NCBI GenBank assembly: GCA_013265495.1 | Contig: MU061578.1 | Coordinates: 381,308-445,307 of the forward strand | Length of the DNA: 64,000 nucleotides | Direction: 5' to 3' | Source: Vicugna vicugna | Lineage: Eukaryota | Shown here: positions 1-14,335 of the stretch, one piece after another | How the letters are laid out: each line of letters starts with the position of its first letter | Position numbering within the stretch: position 1 is the first letter of the stretch | The notes under the pieces: model-generated | Told to the model about the DNA's origin: nothing | The model's database searches: none | What the model saw: only the letters and a program-made list of their open reading frames with translations | Translations under genes and position numbers: made by a program

Positions 1-170
1 GTACAAGGGAGGAAGCAGAGGAGGAGACTGAGTGGAAATGTATAGTGAGGTGGGAGGAAAACCAGGAGTAAGATGTTCTGGAAGGCAAATTAGAAAGAGC
101 ATCAAAGAGAAGGAAGTGAACTATGCCAAACATTGCAATGTTAAAATCTATAAATTAGTGGATACCTGCA
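1..170 (-). mobile_element. L2 fragment
   Basis: Diverged resemblance to L2 (gaggagactgag..ggaggaaaaccaggag..). Confidence 0.6.
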
Positions 171-184
171 ATGATTTCCATTCT

Positions 185-360
185 GCACAACACTCACAGC
201 TTAAGCCAAATGACCCCAGGAATCTTGTGAGTAGGAAGTATGGTCCTGATTGTACCAGTGAAGAGTTCAGTGAGACTGGGTAGCTGCCCAGGGTCACACT
301 GCTTTAAGTGCCTGAGCTTGAATTCAAGCTCAAGACACCCTTCAACTCTGATGCCCAAAC
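185..360 (-). mobile_element. MIR SINE
   Basis: MIR core-like gcccagggtcacac..gaattcaagctcaag. Confidence 0.6.
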
Positions 361-1720
361 TCCTTGTGCTACACCCCCATTTACCTATCTTCTCTTCATA
401 ATCCCTCCTCCAACTTTTGGGAAGGGTGGAAGGCAAAGGAAAGAGAGCTTTAGGGATGCTCTTATTCATTTTATGTCATCTTTCACAAATTAATCTAGTG
501 GAAAAAGTAAGCCCAATACCATATTGGGTCTGAATTACTGACAGCCATTCCTATTACTACCAGGAAAAGACATCATTTGGGAGAAATAAAGCCCCTCACC
601 TCACTCTACCTTTCTATTATTTAAAAAAAGGCCTTTCAACTCTGTGACTATTATTTAACACTGTAAAGTGATGAGGAATTAGAAAATTGTTAGGTAGCAG
701 GTGACAAGTTACAATCTGATAGGCCAACATGAACCTATAAAAATGTTATCAAGATGATATTAAACAGGCTATTCCTTACTTAGCATCCAGGCAGGAAATT
801 GGAGCTATTCTTGCTGGGACATCTTAGACTTGATATTTTTCATTTAGGTAATGGTATTTAAAATTTAACTGGATTACCAGTAATTTGTCTTTCAAAATGA
901 TGTACCTGAGCACTTGACTTAGAATACTCTTACTAGTTTTCGGCGAAAGGTATCTGATGCTTTCTGGAATTTCTGGAACATTTTTTTTGGCAATGATTTT
1001 TTGTTTCATAAGAAAGAAAAAGGAAAAAAGGAAGAAAGGAAGAAAGAAAGGAAGAAAGGAAGAAAAACAAAGAAAACCACGATTTCCCACTTTGCTATGT
1101 GGCAGTTGGACAAGATACAATTGGGTCTATGAGTGTCTTATGGCATGAACTGTGTCTTTTGTAGTTTATTGTTCTGTCCTCAGAGCTCAGCAGAAATTGC
1201 ATGTCACATAGTAGGAACCCAATTTACATTTGTTGAGTGAATGTTTTATTTATCTATATTGAACCTGCACTTGGTATATCTAACACAGAACAGGTGCAAA
1301 ACGAGTACCTCCTGCAGCAGGCTACTCAGTATAGGTGAATAAGAACCCCCTGCAGCACAGAATCACCTCTAAAAATTCACCTTATACCTCCTTTCTCATA
1401 GATCTTGAATCTGGGGTGAATCTCCTTTCCAAGACTAAGCTTTTTTTTTTCCCCAGAAAGGCAAACATCTGTTCTTGTCTAAAAGTAGACTTAGAGATAG
1501 TAAAATTTTGAGTGGTGTCTGGTAAGTGGGAGGAGGATAACTGTACATATGGTCACAAAATTGTACATAAAAGCCAAAAATACTTCTTAAAAAGCTATAT
1601 CATATGAAAACAATAACATAAAAACCAGCTGGGTTTGCCTCTCAGATCATATTTTAAAAGACCGAGAAGAAAGGGAGAGGGGATGAAGAAATTCTTTCTT
1701 TTATTCAAAAAAGTTATTGA

Positions 1721-2595
1721 AGACACTTCTCCAAAGAAGACATACAGATGGCCAATAGGCATATGAGAAGATTCTCAATATCACTAATTATTAGAGAAAT
1801 GCAAATCAAAACTGTAATGAGGTATCACCTCACACTGGTCAGAATGGCCATTATTAAAAAGTCCACAAACAATAAATACTGAAGAGGGTACGGAGAAAAG
1901 AGAACCCTCCTACACTGTTGGTGGGAATGTAATTTGGGAATGTAATTCCACTATGGAAAACAGTATGGAGATTCCCTAAAAGACTAAACATAACTTACCC
2001 CATGATCCAGCAATTCCATTCCTGGGCATATATCTGGAAAAAACTAATTTGAAAAGACACATGCATCCCAGTGTTTGTAGCAGCAGTATGTATAATAGCC
2101 AAGAGACGGAAGCAACTTAAATACCCATCAACAGATGACTGGATAAAGAAGTTGTGGTGTGCATATTACTCAGTCATAAAAAAGAATAAAATAATGCCAT
2201 TTGCAACAACATGGATGGACCTGGAGATCATCATTCTAAGTGAGTCAGACAGAGAAAGACAAATATCATATGATATCACTTATATGTAGAATCTAAAAAA
2301 AAAAAAAGACACAAGTGAACTTATTTACAAAACAGAAACAGACTCACTGACCTGGAAAACAAACTTACAGTTAACAAAGGTGAGGGAGAGATAAATTAGG
2401 AGTTTAGGATTAGCAGATACAGTATTAAATATAAAACAGATAAACAACAAGGTCCTAATGTATAGCACAGGGAACTACATTCAGTATATTGTAATAACCT
2501 GTAATGAAAGAGAATACATGCATATATTTGTATAACTGAATCACTATGCTGTACACCAGAGACTAACACAACATTGTAAATAAACTATACTTCAA
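1721..2595 (+). mobile_element. 5'-truncated lineage-specific L1 (ORF2 end plus 3' UTR) inserted into an L2 tail
   Basis: Peptide KIMPFATTWMDLEIIILSE. Direct repeat TTATTGA at 1714-1720 and 2596-2602. The L2 tail resumes at 2603. Confidence 0.92.
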
Positions 2596-2861
2596 TTATT
2601 GAGAACGTGTTCTGTGTAGTGCTATTTGTTTGGTGCTGGAGCTACAGTGGGGACAAGTCAGAGTTTCTGATCTCATAAGACTTACATCCTTTCAGGCAAG
2701 ACAGACAATAAACAAGTTAAAATATATATAGCTGCGGAGATAACTCACACATGATCACATAATTTAAATGATGCTCTTGAGAAAATTAATATTAGCCAAT
2801 AACAGGGTAAGAGATAAGATGTATGCTTTTTACATTATTGGGAAAATTACATGATAAATAG

Positions 2862-3635
2862 GTTCTGGTACCAACTCCAAGTCTGGCAGAGGTTCTCCAC
2901 ACCAAGATGCAATTCTCCAATGCCAGAGAGGTGTCCTACAATTCAACTAAATCCTGACACTATCTACCTGGAGACAGCATCAGATTCCACAGGTTAACGG
3001 TAGAATTCTACAAGATCACCCCCTCCTTCAGACACCAGTCACAAGTCCAGCTGTTCCCTGTACTTCTGACTGACCAGCTATAAATCAGAGGTTCCCAAGA
3101 TCCCCTCTTTGGGTTTGATTAATTTGCTAGAGTGGCTCACAGAACTCAGAGAAGCATTTTACTTACTAGATTACTCACTCCCTGTAAGAGGATATAACTC
3201 AGGAACAGCCAGATGGAAAAGATTCATAGGGCAAGATGTGGGGAAAGGGTGTACCACTCTCCCCAAATCTCTATGTGTTCACCAACCCAGAAGTTCTCCA
3301 AATCTTGTCCTTTTGGGGTTTTATGGTGGCTTCATTGCATAGGCATGATTGATTAACTCATTGGCCTTTGGTGAAGTTGAATGGTTCAACTTCCATGAAG
3401 GTGGAGGAGGTTGGAGGGTGGGGGTGGTCAGGGGGCAGGACTGAAATTTCTAACCCTCCAATCATGCGCATCTGATTCTCTTGGTAACCAGCCTTATCCT
3501 TAGGTGAGGTCAAAAAGTCACTTATTAACATACCAAGAAATACTTCTAGGAAATTCCAAGGGTTTTAGGAGCTCAGTGCTAGAAAAGAGGATAAAAGCAA
3601 AATACACATTTCTTATTACAAATCACAATATCACA
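2862..3635 (-). mobile_element. MER21-type LTR
   Basis: Ends in aatcacaatatcaca, the reverse complement of the MER21 start TGTGATATTGTGA; typical MER21 body. Confidence 0.85.
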
Positions 3636-5379
3636 TGGTAACCAAACATAATCCATATGTGAAAAATCAGAAAAACAAATTTCAAGAAATCACTAAGAAC
3701 AAAACAACATAACAACAAAAATTATACAGAAAGCATAAGATAACATGACACACATAAGAGGAAATATATCAGGTAAGATAATGTGTTCATAGTTTAAACT
3801 TTTCTACTACAGAAAAAAATTATCATACTAAGAAAAAAGACATTAAAAAGAAATCAAATCCAACCAAATGTAAAGAAAAAAGTTAAAAATAAGACAAGTG
3901 AAGCTTTATCTAAAAAAAAAAGCAAAAAGAAAGAAATTCTGCATTTACATAAGGTAAGATAAAAGCAAAATTCATGAAATACAAAGGATCATCTGACAGT
4001 GTGCTACCACATGCAATCTACAGTAAAAATATAAGGGCCATGATTATTTAGCTACCAAATAACATAGCTTAATATATAAAATAATCAAAGGATCATAAAA
4101 AATTGCTTTGTATTTCGCATTTTTAAATTTTTAGCAAATGGAAGGATGACATTACCAATACTTGAGATGGAAAAACTGTGGGTAGACAGGGTTTTAGAGG
4201 GAGGATCAGGAGATTCAACATGGGACGTGTTGCCTTTGAGATATCTGTTAAACTTCCAAAAATGTGTCCAGTGAATTCATAGAGTATGAAAGGCAAAGTG
4301 CAAAGCAACGTTTTTAAAGACACAAATGAAAGGCTAAAAATGGGAGAAGAGAAAACAGCTCATTTTTAAGCACCTAGTATGTACCAGGAATTCAGCAAGG
4401 CCTTTTACAAAATAAGTTATTCCATGTAATACTTGCAACAACTCCGATTATTTACTACTCATTAATTGAGCATCTACTATGTCCAGTCACCTGCATTTAG
4501 AGAGATACATAAGACATAGTTGGTGCCTTAAAGGATTTCAATGCAGGAATTACTGTGGCCACTTGACAGGCAGGGTAATTCAGCCTAGGAAAAGTGGAGT
4601 GACTTGTTTAATTGTCATACAACTAGGAGATGCCATAATTGGACAGCACAGTCACATATATGTGACTTCAGAGCCATCCCTCTTTCAATCTTCTATCTTG
4701 TGTCTATCAACCCTTCCCTCTGCTTTGAGAGAGGAATGCTGCCAATATTAGAGAAAAATAGGAAAGACAACCAACCCATATACTTCCAAGTCTGCTTGAA
4801 ATTTTTAATGTTTCTGAACAAACGCTGATCATATTACAAATCAGTCTTGGCAATTATTTAAAGCAGGACTTCTAAAGAACTCATACTCAGTCATACATTA
4901 TGTTATCTTCTTGATACAGCTCAGTTTCTACTGAAGAGCAGGAATTCCAAGTACTCATCTTTTCAAAATACCTGTCACACATGAGTGGCATGCTAATGGA
5001 GCAGAAAAGCCAGGCCATGCAGGCATCCTAGGGCCTGCCTCAAAAGATCCAGATGTCCACAGGCAGGAGACGAACAGCCAGTTTTCTCCTTTCTCCTCCT
5101 TCCCCAGATGATAGCCCCAAAATCCAGAGGTCTCTACACATCAAGTCTCGGGTGCATAATTTCCTCATGGAAAAGGTTAGCATGCTTTTGGAGAATGTAG
5201 ACCAGAGAAAGTTGGCCTTTAGAAATGAGGGCTTCTAGGTAATTTAACCTCCTGAAATGAATGTTAATATTTACATTATCTTGTTAACATCTTTGTGCTT
5301 TTTTTCTCTGCCAGAGATAGGAGCCCAAAAGTTCAAATATTTTAAATGGATGTACCTTTGAGGGAAACTAGCCTATCAT

Positions 5380-6240
5380 AGTACTTTGGAGAGGAAAGAG
5401 AACAGCCTCTGAAATCTGCCCATCTGAATTTGAATCCCATCATGGCTATTTATTTTGCTGGATAATCTTGGGAATGGTAGGTACTCTGGGCCTTCAGTCT
5501 CTTCTCTGCAAAGCAGGAACACGTCCCCTTATGTACTCAGTTACTGGAAGGATTAAACTGAGATCACTTATTCAAACTACCTACTGCCTGGCTTATGAGC
5601 ACCCACCCACTGGTACTCAACAGTGCAGAACTATTAGTTATTTTTGTTGTTGTTACTGCAGGTCATTTGAAACCATCACAAATAGAAGCAAAACCACTCC
5701 AATTTTGTTCACTTTCTTTTTTAAAGAAGTCTTAACATTGTTGATGTTACCCTGTGATATATTTACTAACACTTTAGACTCTTCACAACATTATAGCATC
5801 CGTTGCGAAGGTGAATCAGTGGGAACTATGAAGTCAGACACCAGATCTGGACTGTGTTCAAATGCTGATAATGCCACACCCTAGCTTTATGACACTAAGA
5901 AAGATAGTCTCTCTGTGCCTCAATCCTTCCTTCTCTTAACCGTGGTAAGTGTGGCAACATCTCATGGCATTCTTGTATGTTTTAAGTTAGTTAATACACC
6001 AATAGTGCTTAGTATCCGCCTGGCAAGTATTTATACATACAAAAAGGTGTAATGATTTTTAGTTCATTGGAATTTGATTGCATATGATGAACTATGATAA
6101 GCAACCAATGCATGTGATATCGTTCTCATTTGAAAGGTGAAGAAACTGAGTCATAAAGTAATTTGTAGGCATGGCCAAAGCTGCACAACTAATGTGCAGC
6201 CAGCCAGCACCAGCCCCTTGTCCTTCTGACTACCAAAGCA
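5380..6240. mobile_element. Cluster of three MIR fragments
   Basis: MIR-like cores near 5380-5640, 5800-6030 and 6080-6240. Confidence 0.65.
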
Positions 6241-7179
6241 GTCCCAGCAGCTGGAACTCCTACCAGGATTTATTTCCAAGGCAGTTTTCCCTCATCTGGC
6301 TCCCCCTACCCCAGCATTGTTGCGGGAAATGATGCTGCAAGCCATGGATCTTCTCGGACATGCTGTGCTCTTGAAGAAACACTCCCAATTACTGAGGCTG
6401 TGTTCTCCATGATTGCAATGTGTCATGACATTTCCAAGATGTAAGTTTCTTCGAAAAAGGCATTAGCACCAGGCGAGTGAAGCAGCTCATTTTTCAAACT
6501 TGGGAACTGTCGTTTGCCCTGCTCAGCATCGCTGAAGCCTGAACATACTGTTTAGTGAGTGCCGTCAGGCGACCGAAGTTCACCCCCCTGGGCACGTTTG
6601 GCTGCTCTCCCTCCGGAAGATCTGTGGCTGAGAATGCGCAAAGGTGCACGCACATCCACCCGTACTCATGCATACGTGCTTTACACTAGGCACCCTTGGG
6701 CCCTCTCCTATTCCCAATTCCCACTTGAGCCTAATCCTCTGCCCTCTCCCCTAAAGCACTTGCCACCTGCTTACAGACTGCTCTTTAGCCCTGTCCACCA
6801 CTTACCACTTCAGGCATGTATACATCGTTCATGGTTCCCCATCTGTATCAGCCAGGTTATCAGCTGCAAGCAAAAGAAATTGCTTTGTGCTGATTTAAGC
6901 CATGATGGAATTTACTGGAAGTCTTTTAGCACACAGAATCACCAGCTTCAATAAACAGGTAGGAGCAAAGGAAGGTAATACGGTTGGAACCAGGGGCTAA
7001 TTCATGCCACAGTGGCAATCCAGGGGAGGAACTTCGTGCTGGGTGGGCATAATTCTCACACTGAAGGTGGATGTTACCGTGTGCCCCTTTGCCCTGACTG
7101 GCTAAACCTCAGTCATGTCCCCCTAAGGTAGCTGCAAGGGAGGCTGAGAAAGGGAGCAACAGCCATATTCGCTTCCTGC

Positions 7180-7601
7180 AGCTGTTACCACAAAGTACTG
7201 CAACTAGGTTGGTTTAGAACAACAGAAATTTATTGTCTCCCAGTTCTGGAGGCCACAAGTCCACAGTCAAGGTGTCAACATGCCCATGTTCCCTCTGAAG
7301 AGGCTAGAGAAGGATCTGCTTCAGGTTTCTCTCCTAGCTTCCAGGAGCTTCATTTGTTCCTTGACTAGTAGATGGCTGTCTTCTCCCTGTGTCTCTTTAT
7401 GTTGTCTTCCCTCTCTTCATATCTGTCTGTGTCCAGATTTCCCCCTCATCAGGACACCAACCACATTGGATTAAGAACTCCCCTAATAACTTCATCTTGA
7501 CTATATCTGCAAAGACTCTACATCCAAATAATGTCACATTCTGAGGCACTGGGGTTAGGACTTCAACATATCTTTCTCAGGGGACATAATTCACCACAAC
7601 A
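7180..7601 (-). mobile_element. MLT1 (MaLR) LTR nested in an older MLT1-like LTR
   Basis: aacaacagaaatttattgtctcccagttctggaggc..ttaggacttcaacatatc. Confidence 0.85.
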
Positions 7602-7899
7602 CTCTCCATTTACTTGGTAGGAGGCAGACTATGGTGGCTACCAAGACTTAAACATTGCACACTGTGGTGAATCTTTCATGCATACAAAGGAGTTCAGGAG
7701 CAGGCAGCCAAAACATAGTAACAAAAAGCCTGAGGATATCCATTATGCCATCACCTGAAGAATCAAATACCCCAAGCTTCTTAACATAGCATTTAAGGTT
7801 TTCCTCCTTGACCTGACCCTCTCTTTCTTCCTCTTACTTTCTGCCACTCCCTAAAATGTTCCTTGACCTATTATAGGGAATTGCCTATCATTTCTTGAA

Positions 7900-8044
7900 T
7901 TTTTTATAAAAATTACTGACACACAAAAAGCTGTACATAATTAACACATAACTAGATAAGTTTAGAGCTAAGTATACATCTGTGAAATTGCCATAATTTG
8001 TTGTAAACCTACTCATCACCTCCAAAAGTTTCCTCTCACTCTTC

Positions 8045-8079
<35 letters not shown>

Positions 8080-8200
8080 TTGTAATAGGATCATTTAACA
8101 TAAGATCTACTCTCTTAGCAAATTTTTACATATATAATATAGTAAGGTTAACTGTAGGCACTGTTCTGTACAGTAGATCTCTAGGACTTATTCATCTCCT
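7900..8200 (-). mobile_element. L1MA-type 3' end containing (TTA)n
   Basis: aacataagatctactctcttagcaaattt..agtagatctctaggacttattcatct; (TTA)n at about 8048-8078. Confidence 0.8.
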
Positions 8201-9328
8201 GAATATTCTGAAACAAAATTGATGAATTACTAAAAAACAGTCTAATGGGTTGAGCAGTTCATCCTCTATCATTAAGACCTAACACAGGCTATTTAAGGAA
8301 CTGCTAATGAGAGATAATATGGATCATCCATGACCAAAAGTTGGTGGGAGAAAGTACTGATATCTGAGGAAGATAAGGAAGAGTTTCCCCAAGATTTGTG
8401 AGGTGATGGGGATTTAGGGAGACACAGAAAGTGTGAGGCTATGAAGAATTATTACCCTTGTAGCAGCAGAGGCAGGTGGTCCCCAGAGGGGAGTGTCCAT
8501 AAGGGTTAATGGGGGACTTTAGACCCTGGTCCTTGGGGCTTTAGGTCTTGAAGAACAGGGGATATTGCAGGGTAAATAAGCATATTAATGGTAAGAAGAG
8601 TCACATAGACTGGAGGACCTCTGTCAATGGTTCCAGAATACACATGTAAGAACCCCAGAACTTTGCTTGCCCTTGTGTGACACTGGAAGAACAGTGATAG
8701 AGATTCAATTTCTTGCCAGCTTTGAAGGGTGGGGAGTTATATTCTGATATATCTAGATTTAGCTAGAAGAAAATATATTCTTTTCAAGGAATGTTTTTTC
8801 CTTGCACCCATATGTGATACTTGGAAATGTAAACTCTGTTCAACTTCACATTTTCTCATATGGTCATTCTTTTACATAGGCCCATTCTTCTTTCCAGAAT
8901 CACCTCCTCCTACCCTGGCCAATTCATTCCATCTTCCTTATTCAGGCAGCCTTCTCTTACTTCCCCTTCCTAAGCTGAATTAAGAGTCATTGCTTCTCTC
9001 TCAGCACCTGGTTCTACATTTCTAACATGGAACTCCTGGGTTGTAACTACCTCTTTCCTAGCCTGTCATCCCTACTGATCTGTGAGCTTCTGAAGCCATC
9101 ACTTTATTTGATTTCTCAGTGTCTAGCACAGGACTAGGTGCATAATGGATACTCAATTCACTGATGGACAAACAAAGGAAATGATGAAAAACAATGAGAT
9201 AGGTGATCCAGCCTCCTGGACCTTGAGAACAGCTCAGCAAATCACTGTGCCACAGAGTGAAAAAGTCAACCTCCTCTCTAGGTAAGGGCTACAGAGGGCC
9301 CGGGCCACAGGCCAGGGTGAACACAGGA

Positions 9329-9518
9329 TGACACTGTCCAATACGGTAGATGCTCACCACATTCAGCCATTTAAAATTAAATTTAAATTACTTAAAATTA
9401 ACAAAATTACAAATACAATTCCTCTGTTGCACTAAAAACATTTCAAGGACTTAATAGGTCCTTGTGGCTAGTAGCTACCATATTGGACAGAATAGAAAAT
9501 TTTATTAGACAGTGCTGA
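9329..9518. mobile_element. MER33/MER3-like hAT-Charlie element
   Basis: Inverted ends cactgtccaata..tattagacagtg; internal tgtggctagtagctaccatattggacag. Confidence 0.8.
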
Positions 9519-9989
9519 CATAGGGTTCCTGCAACCCTGCAAAGAGATTACATTCTAATCTTAGCAGCTGGTCCATTTTCTCCCTCCATATTTATTTTTA
9601 ACTCTTATAAAATCACACAGACACACAATTATCTATCCAAACCACCAATCACTTTTATTTTGTAAAAAAAGAGTATTGATTTTTACTAAAAGGACTCTTG
9701 TGGGAGAGGAATTCCATGTACTGCAGTTAAAAGGTCCCTTTTTGGGGTAATTTTAAGAGAACATCTGCATATTAATGGTGCCACTATTTTTGCTCCATTG
9801 GCATAGAATACCAAACATTTTGCATCTGTTCCCAGATGCATCACCTAAAAACTGATAGTTCAAAGGTAGATGCTCTGATGGTGAGATGACAACTGGCTTG
9901 AGAGTCCCTGGTCCCAACAACTGTGACAATTTCTTAGAGTGGGTCTGCAGAACTGGAAGGCTGTGATTCAGAACAGCATCTAGACATGG

Positions 9990-10506
9990 TATTTTCACTG
10001 GTTGGACTAAGCAACTGATATGATAGCTCCCCCAACTGCTTTCAAACCAGCAGTGAATGCTGAAGTTAACTACTAATTGGGCTCTACACAGAAAAGGAAG
10101 TCTGAGGTTAGAGAGAGAGAGACAGAGGGATACAGATCCCTCACGTGTGGGTAACTACTACTCCCAGAAGCTCTCTGAATCCTGTCCTTTTGGGTTCTTA
10201 TGGAGACTTTATTACATATGCACGACTGATTAAATCATTGGCCACTGGCAACTGATTCAACCTCCAGCCCTCTCCCCTCCCAGGAGGTTAGAGGGGTGGG
10301 ACTGAAAGCTCCAAACTCCTAATCACACGATTGGTTCTCCTGGCAACCAGCCACCCCACCCCACCCCCTTAGGTGAGGTCACTGACATAACAAGAGATAT
10401 CTATATCACTCTTATCACTGGGAATTCTAAGGGTTTTATGAGCTCTGTGCCAGAAACAGGACAAAGACCAAATATATATTTCTTACTATAAATCGTAATA
10501 TCATAC
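9990..10506 (-). mobile_element. Second MER21-type LTR
   Basis: Similar to 3280-3635; ends aaatcgtaatatcata. Confidence 0.8.
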
Positions 10507-10716
10507 CACCATAATTGAGTAGCTACTCTAAGACCAGAATCCATGCTTGATGTCATTTAAAAGTCATGATTACTATCACGATCCATCTCGTTTTTACATA
10601 TGAGGAAACCGAGGCTCAGAGAGGATAAGTGACTTGTCTGTGGTGGCACAGCCAGCAAGAGAGCAAAGCTGGGATCCTTTGGCTATGATCCCACTATTAA
10701 TTTACAGCATACTAGC

Positions 10717-11080
10717 TGTCTTAGTTTGCTGCTTTAACAAAAATGCCTTAGCCTGGGTGACTTATAAACAACAGAAATTTATTTCTCATGGTTCTGGAGG
10801 CTGGAAGTCTGAGATTATGGTGCCAGTATGGTCATGTTCTGGTGACCTCTTCTGGGTTACAGATGGGCAACTTCTTGCTGTATCTTCACATGGTAGAGAG
10901 CAGAGAGAGGAAGCAAGCTCTCTCGTGACTTTTAAACTGGCAATAATCCATGAGGGCTTCATCCTCAAGACCTCATCTAATCTTAACTACCTCCCAAAGA
11001 CCTCATGTCCTAATACCATCACACTGGGAAGTAAGGTGTCAACAGATATTTTGGGGGGACAACAACATTCATTATATTAC
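10717..11080 (-). mobile_element. MLT1A-like LTR inserted in a MIR
   Basis: tgtcttagt..ttataaacaacagaaatttatttctcatggttctggaggctggaagtc. Confidence 0.85.
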
Positions 11081-12949
11081 ACTATCTTTCCCACCTTCTA
11101 AAACATGATTGGAGGGCCATAAGAAACATCTATTTTAGCTAATCCATTTGACCAGCTGGGAATCCTCAGCCTCTCTGATCCTGCCGTCGTGTCCTACCTC
11201 CCACCAGCTCAAAGCCCAGAAGCAGGAGGCAAGGGCACCCACCTCTTTCTGCATCACTGCTTATCTCCTGGAGCCCAGGGAAAGCCCGCTTTGGTGTTTA
11301 CTCCTCAGCAGTGTCCTCATTTAAATGTGATCTGCAGGCTCTGCCTTTGATCACCCAGGCTGGGATGAAGACTTCTTTTGGCTTCTGTATGATGAGTTTA
11401 GCAGATAATCCCAACACCTACACAGACATCCCCCACCGCTCATCCCTTGAAAATCTTTCTCATGTCCCTGGGCTATGACCACAGTATGTACTGTATCCTT
11501 TTAGAAACCTAAAGAATTTGTGGGTCACTGAAAAAGAACTGCACATGAACTGCAAGCTCTGGTTACAGATTTGATGGAGGAGAAAAAAACAAAGAAATGC
11601 TGTGTGACCCAGGAAGAATTTCAAACATAAATTGATGAAGAGCAGGATGGAGAAAGAAAAACTAGGGGAACCCATTTGAGGTTCACGGGGGCCTCCATCT
11701 GGGCTGATCTTATGTTTAACATTAATAATTGTTAAATTATATTAAATGATATATCAATCAGATTAATAAAGCTTACAATATTTAGGGCATTTAGTTTGCT
11801 AAAATCACTGGCATCTGTGCCTATTAAAAATGACAGATGATTAGGATATTCCAAAGTTTGGTGGAATCCGCTAGCTAACAAGGTAGAATTAAAATTTACA
11901 TCTTGTTCTGGCATAATGAAGATAATTAAAAAGAGTGATAAAACCCTTTGATTAACCCTCATCTCCTCTTGCATAGCATTTTATTATGCAAATGAAACCT
12001 CCAACACTGTAAACTTAATACCAGTTAAGAATATGAATATGTTCTCATTTTCAAAGCACAAAGATATATGTGTACGTATAAAATACTTGATGGAGGTTGG
12101 AGACGGGGCCCACTTTGCAATAAAGTGGAACTCAGGAGTGTGTGTCACAGGGAGCAAAATTATGTCTCCATTTGCTTCTGTCTCGAGTTCTGGCCCACTG
12201 AGCCACCCATATTATTTTCTCAATAGCTTGTTTTGTTATTTAATTACCTGCTCTGCCAAGTCTTTGAAGATGCCCAGATCCCCAAAACCAGAGTGTCTAA
12301 GTCATCCCATGAATGGCTGGTTTATAGTCTTGCCTTCGATCTCCTGAACTAAGGGACTCATCACAGTGACTTTAAAAAGCAGTAAATTCCTTGTTCATCC
12401 ATCTCCAAGGTTACAGGAAAGAGAGACTAGGAAGCCCTGAGGAGACATTTTTTTAAGGAGCTACTGTTTCACCATGTAATTTACCTCCTCCCTAAGAAAT
12501 ATTTCTCCCCCTCCAGTGGTGTTAAAGGGAAGGTTGGGATAGCAGGCTCCCTAAAAATTATGCTGAGCTGGTTAAAGACATTATTCCTTGTCTAACCGAG
12601 TTAATCAGTAGGAAAATAATCCCTTTTGCCAGATTTCCCTGCTGCCCTTTGTACATTTTGTTCATCATTCCCCATGTTCACTCTGGAAAGCAAAAGAGCC
12701 TTTGGTTATGTGATGAGAAGTAACCAACATCAGCAAGAGGAATCTGAGTTAGCATCTAAGATTGTCAGACGCTAAGATTGCCCTTGAAAGACTGTTAAGA
12801 TCCAGAGGCACCTGCAGATATAATGTGGATGGCAGGGTGGACACACATAATGGGGCTTGTAGCCTTCTGGACTTGGAGGAGGAGAAAGCTGAGAAGCTGA
12901 AGGGAACAGGCTAGACATGCAGGAAGGAAGGGAGGTTGATGGAGAGAAG

Positions 12950-13204
12950 TTTTGGAGGAGTCTGCAGAGGAGAAGCCCACATGGAAATGTAGCAGAGAGT
13001 GGGGCCACGAGCCCAGGCATGCAGACAGCTACTGGAAGTTGGAAGAGGCGAGCTGAACTCTCCTCTAGAGCCTCCAGGGAAAGAATGGCACTGCTGACAC
13101 CTTGATTTTGACTTCTGGCCTCCAGAACTCTGAGAAATACACTTCTGTTCTTTGAAGTCACCTAGATTATGGTAATTTATCATAGTGGCTGCAGTAAACT
13201 AACA
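12950..13204 (+). mobile_element. MLT1 LTR, 3' part
   Basis: ctgctgacaccttgattttgacttctggcctccagaactctgagaaa..aaactaaca. Confidence 0.85.
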
Positions 13205-14117
13205 GGGCTTTTGGAATCAGGAAGTAGGAAGTGGATGAGAAGATGGCCAGGGCAAAGGGGAAGGAATATTCGCATGTCTCCCAGACCTCAGGTGCATTCC
13301 TGAGCACCTACAGTTGAATTCAGTCCTTTCTGATGATGGTCATGTTGCCTATGTGTTCCCATCCTGAAAATGGGAATAATAACAGTATCTACCTCAGAAG
13401 GTTGTTGAGAGGATTGAATGAGTTTATAAGTATAAAACTCTCAGGAGAGCATCTCGCACAGAATCTGTACTATTTCGGTGTTAACTTTTGTTTCTGCTGT
13501 TGCTTCTATTATTTATTATTATTATTATTTGCTAGAATTTACATGCCTTGATTATCATGGGGCCCATTTGAAAAATTTCATTTGCATACATATTTATGGA
13601 AAAAAAGACTACAAGTCCATTCTCCAAAATATTACAAACAGTTATTTCTGAGTGATTAGTGTGCCACAGAATTTTGTTTGCTTATGTTTGCTTCTATTTT
13701 CTAACTTTTCAGCAATGAACACACATGGTGATAAGAACATTAAAGATTTGTTTTTCTTTTTGGTTTTTACAAGTTCTTTGTTTTAACGCTTAACAGAAGT
13801 GAAGAAGCCCCAGTCCAGGCACTGGCAATGTCAATGAGTTGATAAAGAACATGGTGCATAACATTTTTGATGAAACCCTAAGATTTGTAAGAATTTTCAA
13901 CTAGCAACTGGAGAAAGAGATCGGTGGTTGGGCACAGAAAACAGATGTGGAAGTCAATTTTAAAGGTTTGCCAGTTGGCTAGAGTAGAATTCTGAGATTC
14001 CCAAATATCTCCCCATGGTGTGCGTGCACTCCTGCCCTTGTGGATTGGGTTCTTTGGTTCAGCACTTTCTTTTCCGGGGAGATTATTTCTGGGAAGAGAA
14101 AAATATGTGGTCACTAT

Positions 14118-14335
14118 AGATGAGGGTTTATCAAGCAGCATGTGATCGACATTTTGGGCTGGGTAATTCTGGGTGATGGGGGCTGCCCTTCGCACTGCAG
14201 AGTGTTGAACAGCCTCCCTGGTTTCTACCCACTGGGTACCAGAAGCATCTCCCCACCTCAATTACGACAATTCTCCAGACATTGCTAAATATTCTCTGGT
14301 TGGGGTGGGGGAGCAAAATCAGTTGAGAACCACTG
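14118..14335 (-). mobile_element. MER20 DNA transposon
   Basis: gacattttgggctgggtaattct..ctccagacattgctaaat..gttgagaaccactg. Confidence 0.85.
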
